Source of the DNA: a virus
Lineage: Duplodnaviria > Caudoviricetes
DNA: 64,000 nucleotides
Strand: one strand, 5' to 3'
IMG/VR virus record: IMGVR_UViG_2675903055_000001
Location: 26,476 to 90,475 of that record
Shown: piece by piece, positions 34,618 through 43,097 of the stretch
Layout: every line of letters starts with the position of its first letter
How positions within the stretch are numbered: position 1 is the stretch's first letter
Program-made: the position numbers and the translations under genes
The notes under the pieces: generated by a model
Databases searched by the model: none
Seen by the model: the letters and a program-made list of their open reading frames with translations, nothing else
Told to the model about the DNA's origin: nothing

Positions 34618-34830
34618 TCAGGCCATTGGCTCGCCCGCCTGAGTCGTCGCTTCGATGGCGCGGACTTCCAGCGCGTCAGCGTTTCGGTCCAGGATCCGCG
34701 CGAACATCCCGATCGACACGTCTGGGTCGTCTTCGTTTCCGCGCATCACGATCGCCACGGAGCGGAGCAGGTCTACGACTGCCCATGTCGGGAGGAACGT
34801 CTCCCCCTGTTCGTTCAGGACGATGTCCAT
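34618..34830 (-). CDS. Hypothetical protein (paralogue of 20713..20967)
   Basis: NADALEVRAI. Confidence 0.65.
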   Translation of the reverse strand: MDIVLNEQGETFLPTWAVVDLLRSVAIVMRGNEDDPDVSIGMFARILDRNADALEVRAIEATTQAGEPMA

Positions 34831-34969
34831 GTGGCTGGCTGTCGTCTCTGTCTGCTCTCCGTCGTCCATGTGCGCCCCCCTGTGTTGTGTTGGTACACGG
34901 TATGTGCGGTTCGTTGGGTTGGTGCGGGAGTTGCGCCAGCCCGGCCGGAGGGGGACGGCCGGGCGGGGG

Positions 34970-35164
34970 TCAGTGGTGGCGGCGGATGCGTGCGGCTTTG
35001 AGGGCGGCGAGTTCGGCTCGTGCCCGGTGGCCGGCGGCTTCCCGGTGAGCGGCTTGGGCGCGGCGGGCGTGCCGGCTGGTGTCGACCGCGCACCAGACAG
35101 CAGCCGCGGCCAGGGCGAGGGCGACGAAGGCGAGAACGATGTCGGTCACGGTGGGGTCGGTCAT
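34970..35164 (-). CDS. Small single-TM protein
   Basis: IVLAFVALALAAAAVWCAV followed by basic tail. Confidence 0.65.
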   Translation of the reverse strand: MTDPTVTDIVLAFVALALAAAAVWCAVDTSRHARRAQAAHREAAGHRARAELAALKAARIRRHH

Positions 35165-35358
35165 GGCTGGCTCCTGTCGAGGTGGTGTGCGAGGTGTCCG
35201 CCGTACATGGCGAGAGCGGAGGCGATCTGCTGGCCCCAGCCGTCGGGGTCGATGGGGCGGCCGGCAGCGTCCCATTCGGCGCCGAGGTCTTGGAGGGTGT
35301 TCCAGTAGGCGCGGCAGGAGTCACAGGCTGTGGTGATCTCCTGCCGCTCCCACGTCAC
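35161..35358 (-). CDS. Hypothetical protein
   Basis: VTWERQEITTACDSC... Confidence 0.6.
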   Translation of the reverse strand: MTWERQEITTACDSCRAYWNTLQDLGAEWDAAGRPIDPDGWGQQIASALAMYGGHLAHHLDRSQP

Positions 35359-35750
35359 GGCTGCTCCTGGTTGATGGTGCGGGCGACGGCGAGGGCGTGG
35401 GGGCCGCCACCGCCGCGGTGGCCCCACTCGGCGAGGGTGTACGCCTCTTGCTGGGCCGCGTGCTCCAGCCAGTCGGCGAGGGCGAGGCCGATGCCGGGGT
35501 GCATGGCGGCGATGTAGGCGGCGTCGGCCCACACGTTGCGGGTCTCGTCCCACGATTCCTGGCTCATCGTCGGCAACCAGGCGCGGAGTTCGGTGTCGTT
35601 GCGCTCGCCGGACAGGACGGTCGCGGTGTGCCCGTACTGGCCGAGGTGGGTGTCGTGCTGGCGCCACGGGCCGGGGGTGGCGGCGGTGGCGAGCGCCCGC
35701 AGGCGTGCGGCGGCGGTGCGGAGTTCGTCGGCGGGGCTGGGGTCGGTCAC
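35355..35750 (-). CDS. Ead/Ea22-like hypothetical protein
   Basis: AATPGPW...DAAYIAAMHP. Confidence 0.75.
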   Translation of the reverse strand: MTDPSPADELRTAAARLRALATAATPGPWRQHDTHLGQYGHTATVLSGERNDTELRAWLPTMSQESWDETRNVWADAAYIAAMHPGIGLALADWLEHAAQQEAYTLAEWGHRGGGGPHALAVARTINQEQP

Positions 35751-36727
35751 GGCTGCTCCTCGATGCCGTGGCAGTCGCATCCGCAGGGGACACCGGTGAA
35801 CTTGTTGTTGCGGCGACACCTGTCGTGGAGGTGGTCGGCCGCCGCCCGGAGTTCCTCGGCGTGTTCGGTGTGGACGTCGACTACGCGCTCGCACTCGCGG
35901 GCCGTCTCACATGCGGTGCTGGTGTACGGCGGCACGTCGATCAGGCGGAGCAGGTGGTCGGGGAGCTGCTCGCGGGTGCTGCCGGGCGGGGGCGGGGTGA
36001 AGTCGTCGGTCACGGTCAGCTTCTTGGCGGGCTGGATGACGATGTCTTTGCCGAGGAGGCGGAAGACCTCGCGGATGGTGTCCAGGCTGAGCCCGTTGAT
36101 CAGTTCGCCGATGGGCGTGGTGAGGTCGATGGGTACCCACGGGGCGGGTGGGGCTGCGTCGCGCCGCGTGCAGCGGCCGGCTCGGACGTGGCCGTCGGCG
36201 CACTCCTCGCCGCAGTGGGCGGCGGTTCGGGCGCACGGGGTCTGGCGGCAGGAGCAGTTGGCGCAGTGCTCGCAGAACGGCTGGTTCCGGTAGTTGTGGT
36301 AGACGATCTCTTCCGAGTCGCAGCCGACGCAGCGTTCGGCTAGCTGCCAGCGCGTGCCGTGGTCGTTGGCGTGGCTGCCGTAGTGGCCGGGGTGCAGCAC
36401 GCACTCCTCACGAATGGCGCCGAACGGGTCAGTGGGCGACAGATCGCCGCAGCGCTCGGGCGGTGGGTGCTGTTCGCGGGTGTGGCGTTTCAGTTCGGCG
36501 TGGCTGGTGGTGCGGAAGTCGGGGCAGTCCCAGCAGCCGTAGTTGACGGGTGTGGTCATGGTGGTCTCCGGGGTGGTGCGGAAGGTGTCGGGGGCGACAG
36601 TCGGTGTGAGGGTTTCGAGAGCCCGGTCGAGGCTGGCGAGCGTCTCGCGCTGCCGGGCGGGGTCGGTGAGTACTCGGCGGGCAAAGGCCCATCCGCAGCA
36701 GTCGGGGCTGGGGTTGGGGTTGGTCAT
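35747..36727 (-). CDS. Cys/His-rich mosaic multi-zinc-finger protein
   Basis: CWDC..H..H, C..HPGH..H, CVGC, CEHC, CGCDCH. Confidence 0.65.
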   Translation of the reverse strand: MTNPNPSPDCCGWAFARRVLTDPARQRETLASLDRALETLTPTVAPDTFRTTPETTMTTPVNYGCWDCPDFRTTSHAELKRHTREQHPPPERCGDLSPTDPFGAIREECVLHPGHYGSHANDHGTRWQLAERCVGCDSEEIVYHNYRNQPFCEHCANCSCRQTPCARTAAHCGEECADGHVRAGRCTRRDAAPPAPWVPIDLTTPIGELINGLSLDTIREVFRLLGKDIVIQPAKKLTVTDDFTPPPPGSTREQLPDHLLRLIDVPPYTSTACETARECERVVDVHTEHAEELRAAADHLHDRCRRNNKFTGVPCGCDCHGIEEQP

Positions 36728-36755
36728 CAGGTTCCCTTCAGCGTCGTGTGGGTTG

Positions 36756-36829
36756 TGCCCGAGGCCGGATTCGAACCGGCACTGAGCCGCTTTTAAGGCG
36801 GGCGCGTCTACCTGTTGCGCGACTCGGGC
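36756..36829 (-). tRNA. tRNA-Leu(UAA), bldA-type anticodon, short variable loop
   Basis: Acceptor GCCCGAG/CTCGGGC + A73; Leu-type D-loop (A14,A15,G18G19,U20,A20a,G21,A22); loop CTTAAAA (anticodon 36793-95); T-arm GCCGG-TTCGAAT-CCGGC; 74 nt, CCA not encoded. Confidence 0.85.
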
Positions 36830-36837
36830 GAAGGCGG

Positions 36838-37953
36838 TCAGGAGAAGAGGGCGAGTTGTTCGCGCTCGGCGCCCTGCGGAAGCACGACGGGGACCGGGTC
36901 CGCCTCCGCGCCCGGCCCGCTGCCGTCGTCGGCTGGGGTGTCGGTGCCGCCGTCCGTGCCGAGGTTGACGATGCGGGCCTGGGCAGGGCGCAGCCGCGCG
37001 TACTCGGCGCGGCTGACCTTCCCCGCGAGGAGACTGTCGCCGACGCTGATGCGAGGCATCGGCCGGTGCGGTATCGCGTCCAGGCGCAGCGGCCCGGGTA
37101 GGGCGCCGGCCTCGTGGAGTAGGTGGGCGAGGTAGACGGTGACGCGGAGTCGGCACACGGCCTCGGTGACCGGGTCGAGTTCCATGCCGTCGACGCCGGC
37201 GAGGATGCGGCGGGCCGCCGCGGCCGGGGGTATGGGTGTCCAGCCGGTGACGCCGTCCATGTGCATCTGCCGCGGGGCGAGTTGGCCGGTGGTGTACAGC
37301 TCCCAGAGCATGTCGATGGCGCGGATGAGGAAGTGGCCGGTTCCGCAGGTGGGGTCGATCAGGCGCAGCGTCTCGTTGCGGAACTCCGCGGCGGCGGGGA
37401 TGAGGGTGCGGTCGAGGATGCCGTCGGCGAGCCACCAGGGGGATTGGGCGAGGGCGTGGGCGAGGCGGCGTTCGTCGGTGACGAGTTGGAGGAGGTCGCC
37501 GAGGATCCAGCCGGTGATCGTGCCCGGCCCGCTCTCGACGGGGTAGGCGAGGGTGGGGGCGTCTTCGGCCCACCAGTGGAGTAGGCGGCTGCCGGCGGTC
37601 TCACTGGGTGAGGCGTGGCGGACGGGGTTGTCGTAGGCGGGGTCGAGGAGCGTCCAGGCGCAGGGGTGGACGGCGGTGTCGGCGACGGCGTAGGTGAGCC
37701 AGGCCAGGTCGGTGCCGCCCTGGGCGAGGAACTGCCGCCGTGCGGGCTGCGCGTCGGCGTTCAGGCGGCCGTCGATGAGGTGGTGGTCGGCTGCCCAGGC
37801 GTGGATGCAGGTCATGTACACCCAGCCGGCTGCGGTGCGGTGGGCGTCTTTGCCGGGGATGCTGTTGGCGAGCTGCTCGATCTGGCGCTGGAGTGCGCGG
37901 ATGAGGGGCCGGCTGGGTTCGGGGCGGGTCTGGGTGAGTGGGGTGCTGGTCAT
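36838..37953 (-). CDS. Truncated PglX/BREX-like adenine methyltransferase homologue (SAM-binding half only)
   Basis: LGDLLQ..ALAQSP..ILDRTL.PA..EF..LRLIDPTCGTGHF, GMELDP, VGDSLL; no NPPY/DPPY; ends EQLALFS. Confidence 0.8.
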   Translation of the reverse strand: MTSTPLTQTRPEPSRPLIRALQRQIEQLANSIPGKDAHRTAAGWVYMTCIHAWAADHHLIDGRLNADAQPARRQFLAQGGTDLAWLTYAVADTAVHPCAWTLLDPAYDNPVRHASPSETAGSRLLHWWAEDAPTLAYPVESGPGTITGWILGDLLQLVTDERRLAHALAQSPWWLADGILDRTLIPAAAEFRNETLRLIDPTCGTGHFLIRAIDMLWELYTTGQLAPRQMHMDGVTGWTPIPPAAAARRILAGVDGMELDPVTEAVCRLRVTVYLAHLLHEAGALPGPLRLDAIPHRPMPRISVGDSLLAGKVSRAEYARLRPAQARIVNLGTDGGTDTPADDGSGPGAEADPVPVVLPQGAEREQLALFS

Positions 37954-38399
37954 GCGGCGTGCTCCTGTCGCCCGGTGGTGATGTGGGCTGGGGTGATGAG
38001 GCCAGCGGCCATGGCGAGGGCGACGGCGTGGGTGGCGGTGCGCGCGCCGAGCCGGTGGTGGGCGGTGCGCAGAAGCCAGCGGACCGTGTCGAGGGAGGTG
38101 CCCATCTGGTCGGCGGCGTGCTGCGCGGTGTAGCCGAGGGCGGTCCAGAGCAGGGCTTCGAGCTGCCGGCCGGTCAGGGGGTTGTCGAGGGGGGCGTCGA
38201 GGAGTCCGGTGCGGGTGGCGAGGTAGACGGCGTGGGGCATGCTGACCGCGCCGAGTTTGCGCATGACGCGGGTGGCTACGTTCGCCACGCTCTTGGTGGT
38301 GAGGTTGATGTGGTGGCCGATCTCGCTGTAGGTGTCGCCGGCCGCGGTTCCGCGGAGGACTTCGAGTTCCGTGTCTGTGAGTCCCCGCGGCCCGGTCAC
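37950..38399 (-). CDS. Tandem LuxR-type HTH regulator
   Basis: LTDTELEVL..KLGAVSMPHAV and LTGRQLEAL..RLGARTATHAV. Confidence 0.85.
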   Translation of the reverse strand: MTGPRGLTDTELEVLRGTAAGDTYSEIGHHINLTTKSVANVATRVMRKLGAVSMPHAVYLATRTGLLDAPLDNPLTGRQLEALLWTALGYTAQHAADQMGTSLDTVRWLLRTAHHRLGARTATHAVALAMAAGLITPAHITTGRQEHAA

Positions 38400-38662
38400 G
38401 ATGCGGCTCCGTCGTCGCCGATGTCGCGCGGGTCGGTGATGAGGGACACGGCGACGCTGACGCGCATGCCACAGAGTGAGAGGAGGCTGTCGGCCCAAGA
38501 GAGGGTGAGGGTGGCCCGACCGGTGAGCATTTGGCTGAGGTGTTTGGTGGACAGATCGAGCCGCCGGGCGGCCTCGGCTTGGCTCAGACCGCTGATGATG
38601 AGGGCCGCACGTACCTGGGCGCGGAGATTGTTCTCTGCACTTGATGACGTTGGGGTCAGCAC
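38396..38662 (-). CDS. XRE-family HTH protein
   Basis: GLSQAEAARRLDLSTKHLSQMLTG. Confidence 0.85.
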   Translation of the reverse strand: MLTPTSSSAENNLRAQVRAALIISGLSQAEAARRLDLSTKHLSQMLTGRATLTLSWADSLLSLCGMRVSVAVSLITDPRDIGDDGAAS

Positions 38663-39609
38663 GGGGGCTCCTCGCTGCCGGGGCCGGGGCAGAGGAACGG
38701 GTACGGCGGGTTGGTGTCGTGGCAGGCGGGGCAGTCCTCGGCATTGCCGCCGCGGTGCTTGAGTGCGGTCGGCGCTGGCCCGGGGGTCGGCTCGTCGTCG
38801 TGTACGGCGCGGATGCGTGCGACAGCGTCGCGCATTCCGGCGAGCGCCACAGGGTTCTTGCCGTGCACGTCGCTGTCGATGGCGTCGCACTCGCCGAGGA
38901 TGGCGGCGAGCTGGTTCTCCAGTCGGACCTCCACCTCACGCGCCCGGTCACGCTCGCCGCGCAGGCGGGCGCTGTCCTTCTCGGCCGCCGAGATCGCCCC
39001 CCGAAGTGCTTCGTCCAGCCCCTCGTTCTCCTCCCGCAGGCGGGCTTCTCGGATGCGGGACTCGGACAGCAGCCGGTACACCGCGTGCTGCTCGGCGTCG
39101 GCCACGGGCGTCACGGCGTCGGCGATGCGCCCGTCCTCGCCTGCGTCGAGGGCGTAGAGGCCGCCGGTCTCGTGCAGGTGGCGGACTGCTGCGGCGTACC
39201 GGTCGCGGCGTTCGCTGCTGCCGGAGGTGACGCGGACTGCGCCGCCGCCGGGCTGCTGCGCGTCGGCCAGGTGCACGAGCACGGTCTCCGCAGCCGCTTG
39301 CGCACGCGCGGCGGGCACCTGCACACCGCAGCCGGCGAGAGCGGACAACACCACAGCACGGAGATAGGCGGGATGGGTGGGGGCCTCGCGGTCCTGTGCG
39401 CCCGCCGGCGGCACGCTCTCGGTGCGCTGCGCTTCGGCGGCCAGGCGACGGACCTGTTCCAGTGCCGCATCCACGCCGTTGCAGAAGTCGCAGCCGTCGC
39501 CCGGCCGGTAGGAGCAGTTGGCGGCGACCTGCCGCACCGCCCGCTCCACTTCGGCGAGCGCGGCGACTCGGTCGGTGAGCGTGGGGAGGGAAGTGTTGCC
39601 GTGATTCAT
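38656..39609 (-). CDS. Mosaic coiled-coil hypothetical protein
   Basis: RRDRYAAA, coiled coil, AEDCPAC..YPFLCPG. Confidence 0.7.
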   Translation of the reverse strand: MNHGNTSLPTLTDRVAALAEVERAVRQVAANCSYRPGDGCDFCNGVDAALEQVRRLAAEAQRTESVPPAGAQDREAPTHPAYLRAVVLSALAGCGVQVPAARAQAAAETVLVHLADAQQPGGGAVRVTSGSSERRDRYAAAVRHLHETGGLYALDAGEDGRIADAVTPVADAEQHAVYRLLSESRIREARLREENEGLDEALRGAISAAEKDSARLRGERDRAREVEVRLENQLAAILGECDAIDSDVHGKNPVALAGMRDAVARIRAVHDDEPTPGPAPTALKHRGGNAEDCPACHDTNPPYPFLCPGPGSEEPPC

Positions 39610-40229
39610 GACGCCACGCCCTGCCCGTCGGCTCGCGTCGCTCCGCTCACAGCCACCGCACAGTCCGCGCAGTACCGCGTCGCCTTGGCCGGCGTGCGCC
39701 ACAGAACGGCTGGCTTCTCCAGGCCGCATGCAGTCTTCCAGAACCCGGCCTTTGACGGAGCTGCACTGTGAATCGTGGCTTGCTTCACGACGCACAGGCG
39801 GTCGGGCCAGGGGTCGTGATCGATGACGATTCCGAGACGGCGACACACAGAAAGTGGATCTTCGTAGCCCTTGGTGAGCCGCTCGGGCAGGATCGTATTG
39901 CGTACTTCTTGAACGGTCTGGAAGATCCGCCCCTGTTTGATGTTGTTGCACACGTGGCAGGCCAGGACCCAGTTGTCCTGCGGGTTCCGCGCGATGTACG
40001 CGTAGGGCGCGAAATGATCCCAGTTGAGGCGGAGTGTGACGAAACTGTTTTCGCGCAGGATCTCGGCGCCGATGGGTATCTGGCAGTAGAGGCACCGGTT
40101 GCGGTGCTCGGCGATCAGCCGCGCACGTTCAGCGGTACGAGGGCGACGGCGGGAGTCGTTGCCACTGATCTGACTGCGCCCGTACACGGTTCTGCGCCAG
40201 TCATTTGCGGGGAGTTCAGGGGTGGTCAT
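39606..40229 (-). CDS. HNH endonuclease
   Basis: CLYC..WDHFAP..NWVLACHVCNNIK. Confidence 0.85.
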   Translation of the reverse strand: MTTPELPANDWRRTVYGRSQISGNDSRRRPRTAERARLIAEHRNRCLYCQIPIGAEILRENSFVTLRLNWDHFAPYAYIARNPQDNWVLACHVCNNIKQGRIFQTVQEVRNTILPERLTKGYEDPLSVCRRLGIVIDHDPWPDRLCVVKQATIHSAAPSKAGFWKTACGLEKPAVLWRTPAKATRYCADCAVAVSGATRADGQGVAS

Positions 40230-40450
40230 GGGCGCGCTCCTCGCTGCATGCGGTCGATCGAGTGGCTGTACGCCTCGCTGGCGCTCTTAGAGTGCGAGAT
40301 AGCCAGGGGCCCCAAGGGCAGTTCAGGCCGGGAGACGGGCGCGCAGACCCCTTCACGGGCCTCTTTCGGGGGCGGCGTATCCACCGGAGCGCCTGTACGG
40401 CCGTCCAGCGGGCGCACAGTGCGCGTCTCGGGGATGCTGGGCTCGGTCAT
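40226..40450 (-). CDS. Hypothetical protein
   Basis: ATGA overlaps. Confidence 0.55.
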   Translation of the reverse strand: MTEPSIPETRTVRPLDGRTGAPVDTPPPKEAREGVCAPVSRPELPLGPLAISHSKSASEAYSHSIDRMQRGARP

Positions 40451-40848
40451 CGGGTGCTCCTCTCAGCGTGCATGCGCAGTGCGTCGGACACGGTGAAGCC
40501 GTTCACGGTGATCAGCGGTGCCTGCTCCTTCGCGAGGCGCAGCGCCGTGTCCACGTCGAACCGGTGCGCGGCCAGCCACTCGTCGGTGCGCTCGGACGGC
40601 ACGTGCTCCCAATCCCAGGAGCCGTCGGCGGTGAGGCACTGGCCGTGGCGGACGACGGCCCACCGGTCTCGGCCGCGGTACTCCACCTGGATGGCGAAGA
40701 GATGCCGGTCGGTGTCATCGCCCTCGGGCAGACAGGAGACGACGTATCGGGTCGGCTGCACGGTGGGGGCGGGCACGCCGGGCGTGGCGTGGCCCAACTG
40801 CTCGCGGATCTCGCGCATCGTCATCGCGCGGCCAGGCTGTGCGGTCAT
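40447..40848 (-). CDS. Conserved hypothetical phage protein
   Basis: IQVEYRGRDRWAV..CL..WDWE.PSERTDEWLAAHRF. Confidence 0.75.
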   Translation of the reverse strand: MTAQPGRAMTMREIREQLGHATPGVPAPTVQPTRYVVSCLPEGDDTDRHLFAIQVEYRGRDRWAVVRHGQCLTADGSWDWEHVPSERTDEWLAAHRFDVDTALRLAKEQAPLITVNGFTVSDALRMHAERSTR

Positions 40849-40905
40849 CAGGTTCTCCGGGTGCAGGGGCCCGGCCGCGCACGGCGGCCGGGCAAACGAA
40901 AGGGA

Positions 40906-41187
40906 TCAGACAGCAGGCGGACGACCGGGCGTGTCCCCGCCATCCGCACCGAACGACGGCAACTCGTAGGCGGCGATCACCCGCCGCCACGCACGCTCAC
41001 GCCGGTACGCAGCCACCCGACCAGCAGCCGCCATCACCACCATCGACGTGACGAGCGACGCCCACGGCGGCATCGGCCCCCCGGCCATCAGCCACCACAC
41101 CGCGTTCACCACCGCAGTGCCGACAGCACCGACGACGAAGCAGCGCACGGCAACGGACAGGAACGGCTCGTTCGGGACAGCGGTCAT
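40906..41187 (-). CDS. Small two-TM membrane protein
   Basis: Two hydrophobic helices. Confidence 0.6.
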   Translation of the reverse strand: MTAVPNEPFLSVAVRCFVVGAVGTAVVNAVWWLMAGGPMPPWASLVTSMVVMAAAGRVAAYRRERAWRRVIAAYELPSFGADGGDTPGRPPAV

Positions 41188-41465
41188 GGGGGTCCTCCGG
41201 GGTAGTGGGCGATGTCGGGTAGGTCGACGGTCGGCCCGCGGCGACGGACACGACGGTGGTTGAGCGGGGAGGTGGCTGGCAGTTCACCGCAGCCCGGCAG
41301 TTCGAGCTGGCCGGACACCGCAGGAACCACCCCTTCATGCACCCGCAGTGGCTCCGGCCCGCGAACCGCACGCCGGCACACCGGACCCATACCGGCCGCG
41401 AGCGACACGGGGTCCCGAAGTGGTCGGCCGCAGCCACGGCAGCGGCGATGCTGGCTGGTGGACAT
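41184..41465 (-). CDS. DUF6011-like zinc-finger protein
   Basis: CRGCGRPLRDPVS..GMGPVC. Confidence 0.8.
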   Translation of the reverse strand: MSTSQHRRCRGCGRPLRDPVSLAAGMGPVCRRAVRGPEPLRVHEGVVPAVSGQLELPGCGELPATSPLNHRRVRRRGPTVDLPDIAHYPGGPP

Positions 41466-41484
41466 GGGATGTCCTGTCGTAGAT

Positions 41485-41838
41485 CTACGGTCGGGTTTGG
41501 GTTGCGGCTCTTCTGGCCCGCGCGTCGGCTCGGATGTCTGGTCCGGCGGGGTGGGCGTCGAGGGCGGCGTGCAGTGCCTGGTACCAGCCCTCGGCGTACT
41601 GCCGTTCGGCCCGCTCGTCCCGCAGCTTCCGTTCGGCACGCTCCAGGCGGGCGCCGAGCGTGTCGCATGTGCAGTCCGCCTCGGGGTCTTGGCTGCGGGC
41701 CATGCATCCGGGGAGGAGGCACAGGGCTCCGTCGGGGTCGGTGAACCACCAGCAGCCGGCTGGGACGGTGTCGGGTGTTGTGGGGATGGGGTGGTGGTGG
41801 TCGCCGAGGGCGGGCTGGTTTGCGGGGCTGCGGGCCAT
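41485..41838 (-). CDS. Hypothetical protein
   Basis: CWW..LPGCM..CTC. Confidence 0.65.
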   Translation of the reverse strand: MARSPANQPALGDHHHPIPTTPDTVPAGCWWFTDPDGALCLLPGCMARSQDPEADCTCDTLGARLERAERKLRDERAERQYAEGWYQALHAALDAHPAGPDIRADARARRAATQTRP

Positions 41839-42050
41839 TAGGCGGCGTCCTGTTCGGGTATGGCGTGGAGGTGCCGGTGGCGGATGTGGGCGTGGTGTGC
41901 GTCGAGTGCGGCGAGGAGGTCGGCGCGGTGCTGGGCTTGTTCGGCTTCGGTCCACGCGCTGTGGTAGTCGGCGGGCTGGGGTGTGTGCGGCGGTGGTGTG
42001 GGGCGGATGGGTATCTCCTCGGCGAGGAGCCGGTCGTAGGCGGTGGTCAT
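41838..42050 (-). CDS. Hypothetical protein
   Basis: YDRLLAEEIP..WT..QHRADL. Confidence 0.65.
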   Translation of the reverse strand: MTTAYDRLLAEEIPIRPTPPPHTPQPADYHSAWTEAEQAQHRADLLAALDAHHAHIRHRHLHAIPEQDAA

Positions 42051-42439
42051 GTGGTCCACCGCCTGACTGGGATCCCGGCTTGTTCGGCGAGTCCGGCGGT
42101 GTGGCTGGCGCCGCGGCTGCCGTTGCGGATGAAGGCGAGGCAGAGGTCGGCGCCGAGGTAGACCATGTGGGCGTTGCGGATGAACCCGGCCCGGCGCCCG
42201 TTGATCCGCCAGTTGGCGGGGTGGTGTTCCTCGGTGACGCCGTTGACGAAGCCGTTGGCGGTGAGGCACCAGTCGCGGGCTTGGGCGTCGGCACCAGTGG
42301 GGCAGACGCCGTGGACGACGACGAGTGACCGGCCCGTGATGAGTGCTTCGTCGCGGGCGTTGTTGAGGGCAGCCCACACCACGTTGGAGGCGGGCCAGTC
42401 GCGGGAGCCGGTGACGAGGACGCGGTAGGGGCCGGTCAT
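42047..42439 (-). CDS. SLOG family (DUF2493/YspA-like) protein
   Basis: VLVTGSRDW, VVHG.CPTGAD, AGFIRNAHMV, SRGASHT. Confidence 0.85.
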   Translation of the reverse strand: MTGPYRVLVTGSRDWPASNVVWAALNNARDEALITGRSLVVVHGVCPTGADAQARDWCLTANGFVNGVTEEHHPANWRINGRRAGFIRNAHMVYLGADLCLAFIRNGSRGASHTAGLAEQAGIPVRRWTT

Positions 42440-42795
42440 TGGTCGCCCCCGTTGGCCAACTCCAGGAGCACGTCGGCGTGGCAGGGCTGGTCGAGCGGGC
42501 ACCAGCACATGAGGTTCCGGCCGGCCAGCTCGCGGCGTGCGCGGGCGATCAGGGTCGGTCGCTCGGCGATCCAGGCGCGGAACAGGAGGGCGGCTTCGGC
42601 GCGGGCGTCGCGCTCGTAGTCGAACGTGGCCCAGGTGCTGAGGCTGTCGATCGGGTCGGGGATGCCGTAGAGGCCGTCGGCCTGGCGGACTACTGCGTAG
42701 GGGTTGCCCCAGGCGGTGCCGCGTCCGACGTAGATGGCGCCTTCGGGTGCACGCCACCCGCGGGTGCGTTCGCGCTTGATGCGGGTGGGGCTCAT
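42436..42795 (-). CDS. DUF4326-like protein
   Basis: AIYVGRGTAWGNPY, ELAGRNLMCWCPLDQPCHADVL. Confidence 0.85.
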   Translation of the reverse strand: MSPTRIKRERTRGWRAPEGAIYVGRGTAWGNPYAVVRQADGLYGIPDPIDSLSTWATFDYERDARAEAALLFRAWIAERPTLIARARRELAGRNLMCWCPLDQPCHADVLLELANGGDQ

Positions 42796-43097
42796 GCGGT
42801 GACCTCGGCTTCCTGTACGCGCTGCGGGTGGGGTTCGGGGATCGCTCGGCCGCCGACCCGGCAGGGGGTGCCGGGCGCCACCTGGCAGGCGGGGCAGACG
42901 GCGGTGGCGATGACCCACGCGGTGATGCGGGCGGGGTGGACGGGCGCGTCGGTGATGCGGCGCCGTCCGCTGCGGGTGGTGCAGGGTGCGCGGTCGTGGG
43001 CGCCGCAGTGGGGGCAGGTGACGGCGAGGGCGGGGTGCTGTCCGGTGCGGGAGATGGCGCGGATGTCGTCGGGCATGGGGACGCTGTAGCGACTCAC
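42792..43097 (-). CDS. Double zinc-finger protein
   Basis: CPHC..C..H and CPAC..C..H. Confidence 0.7.
   Translation of the reverse strand: MSRYSVPMPDDIRAISRTGQHPALAVTCPHCGAHDRAPCTTRSGRRRITDAPVHPARITAWVIATAVCPACQVAPGTPCRVGGRAIPEPHPQRVQEAEVTA

Noticed and set aside
36838-37953. Active DNA adenine methyltransferase
   Set aside because: No NPPY/DPPY catalytic motif or target-recognition domain, and no frameshifted continuation downstream
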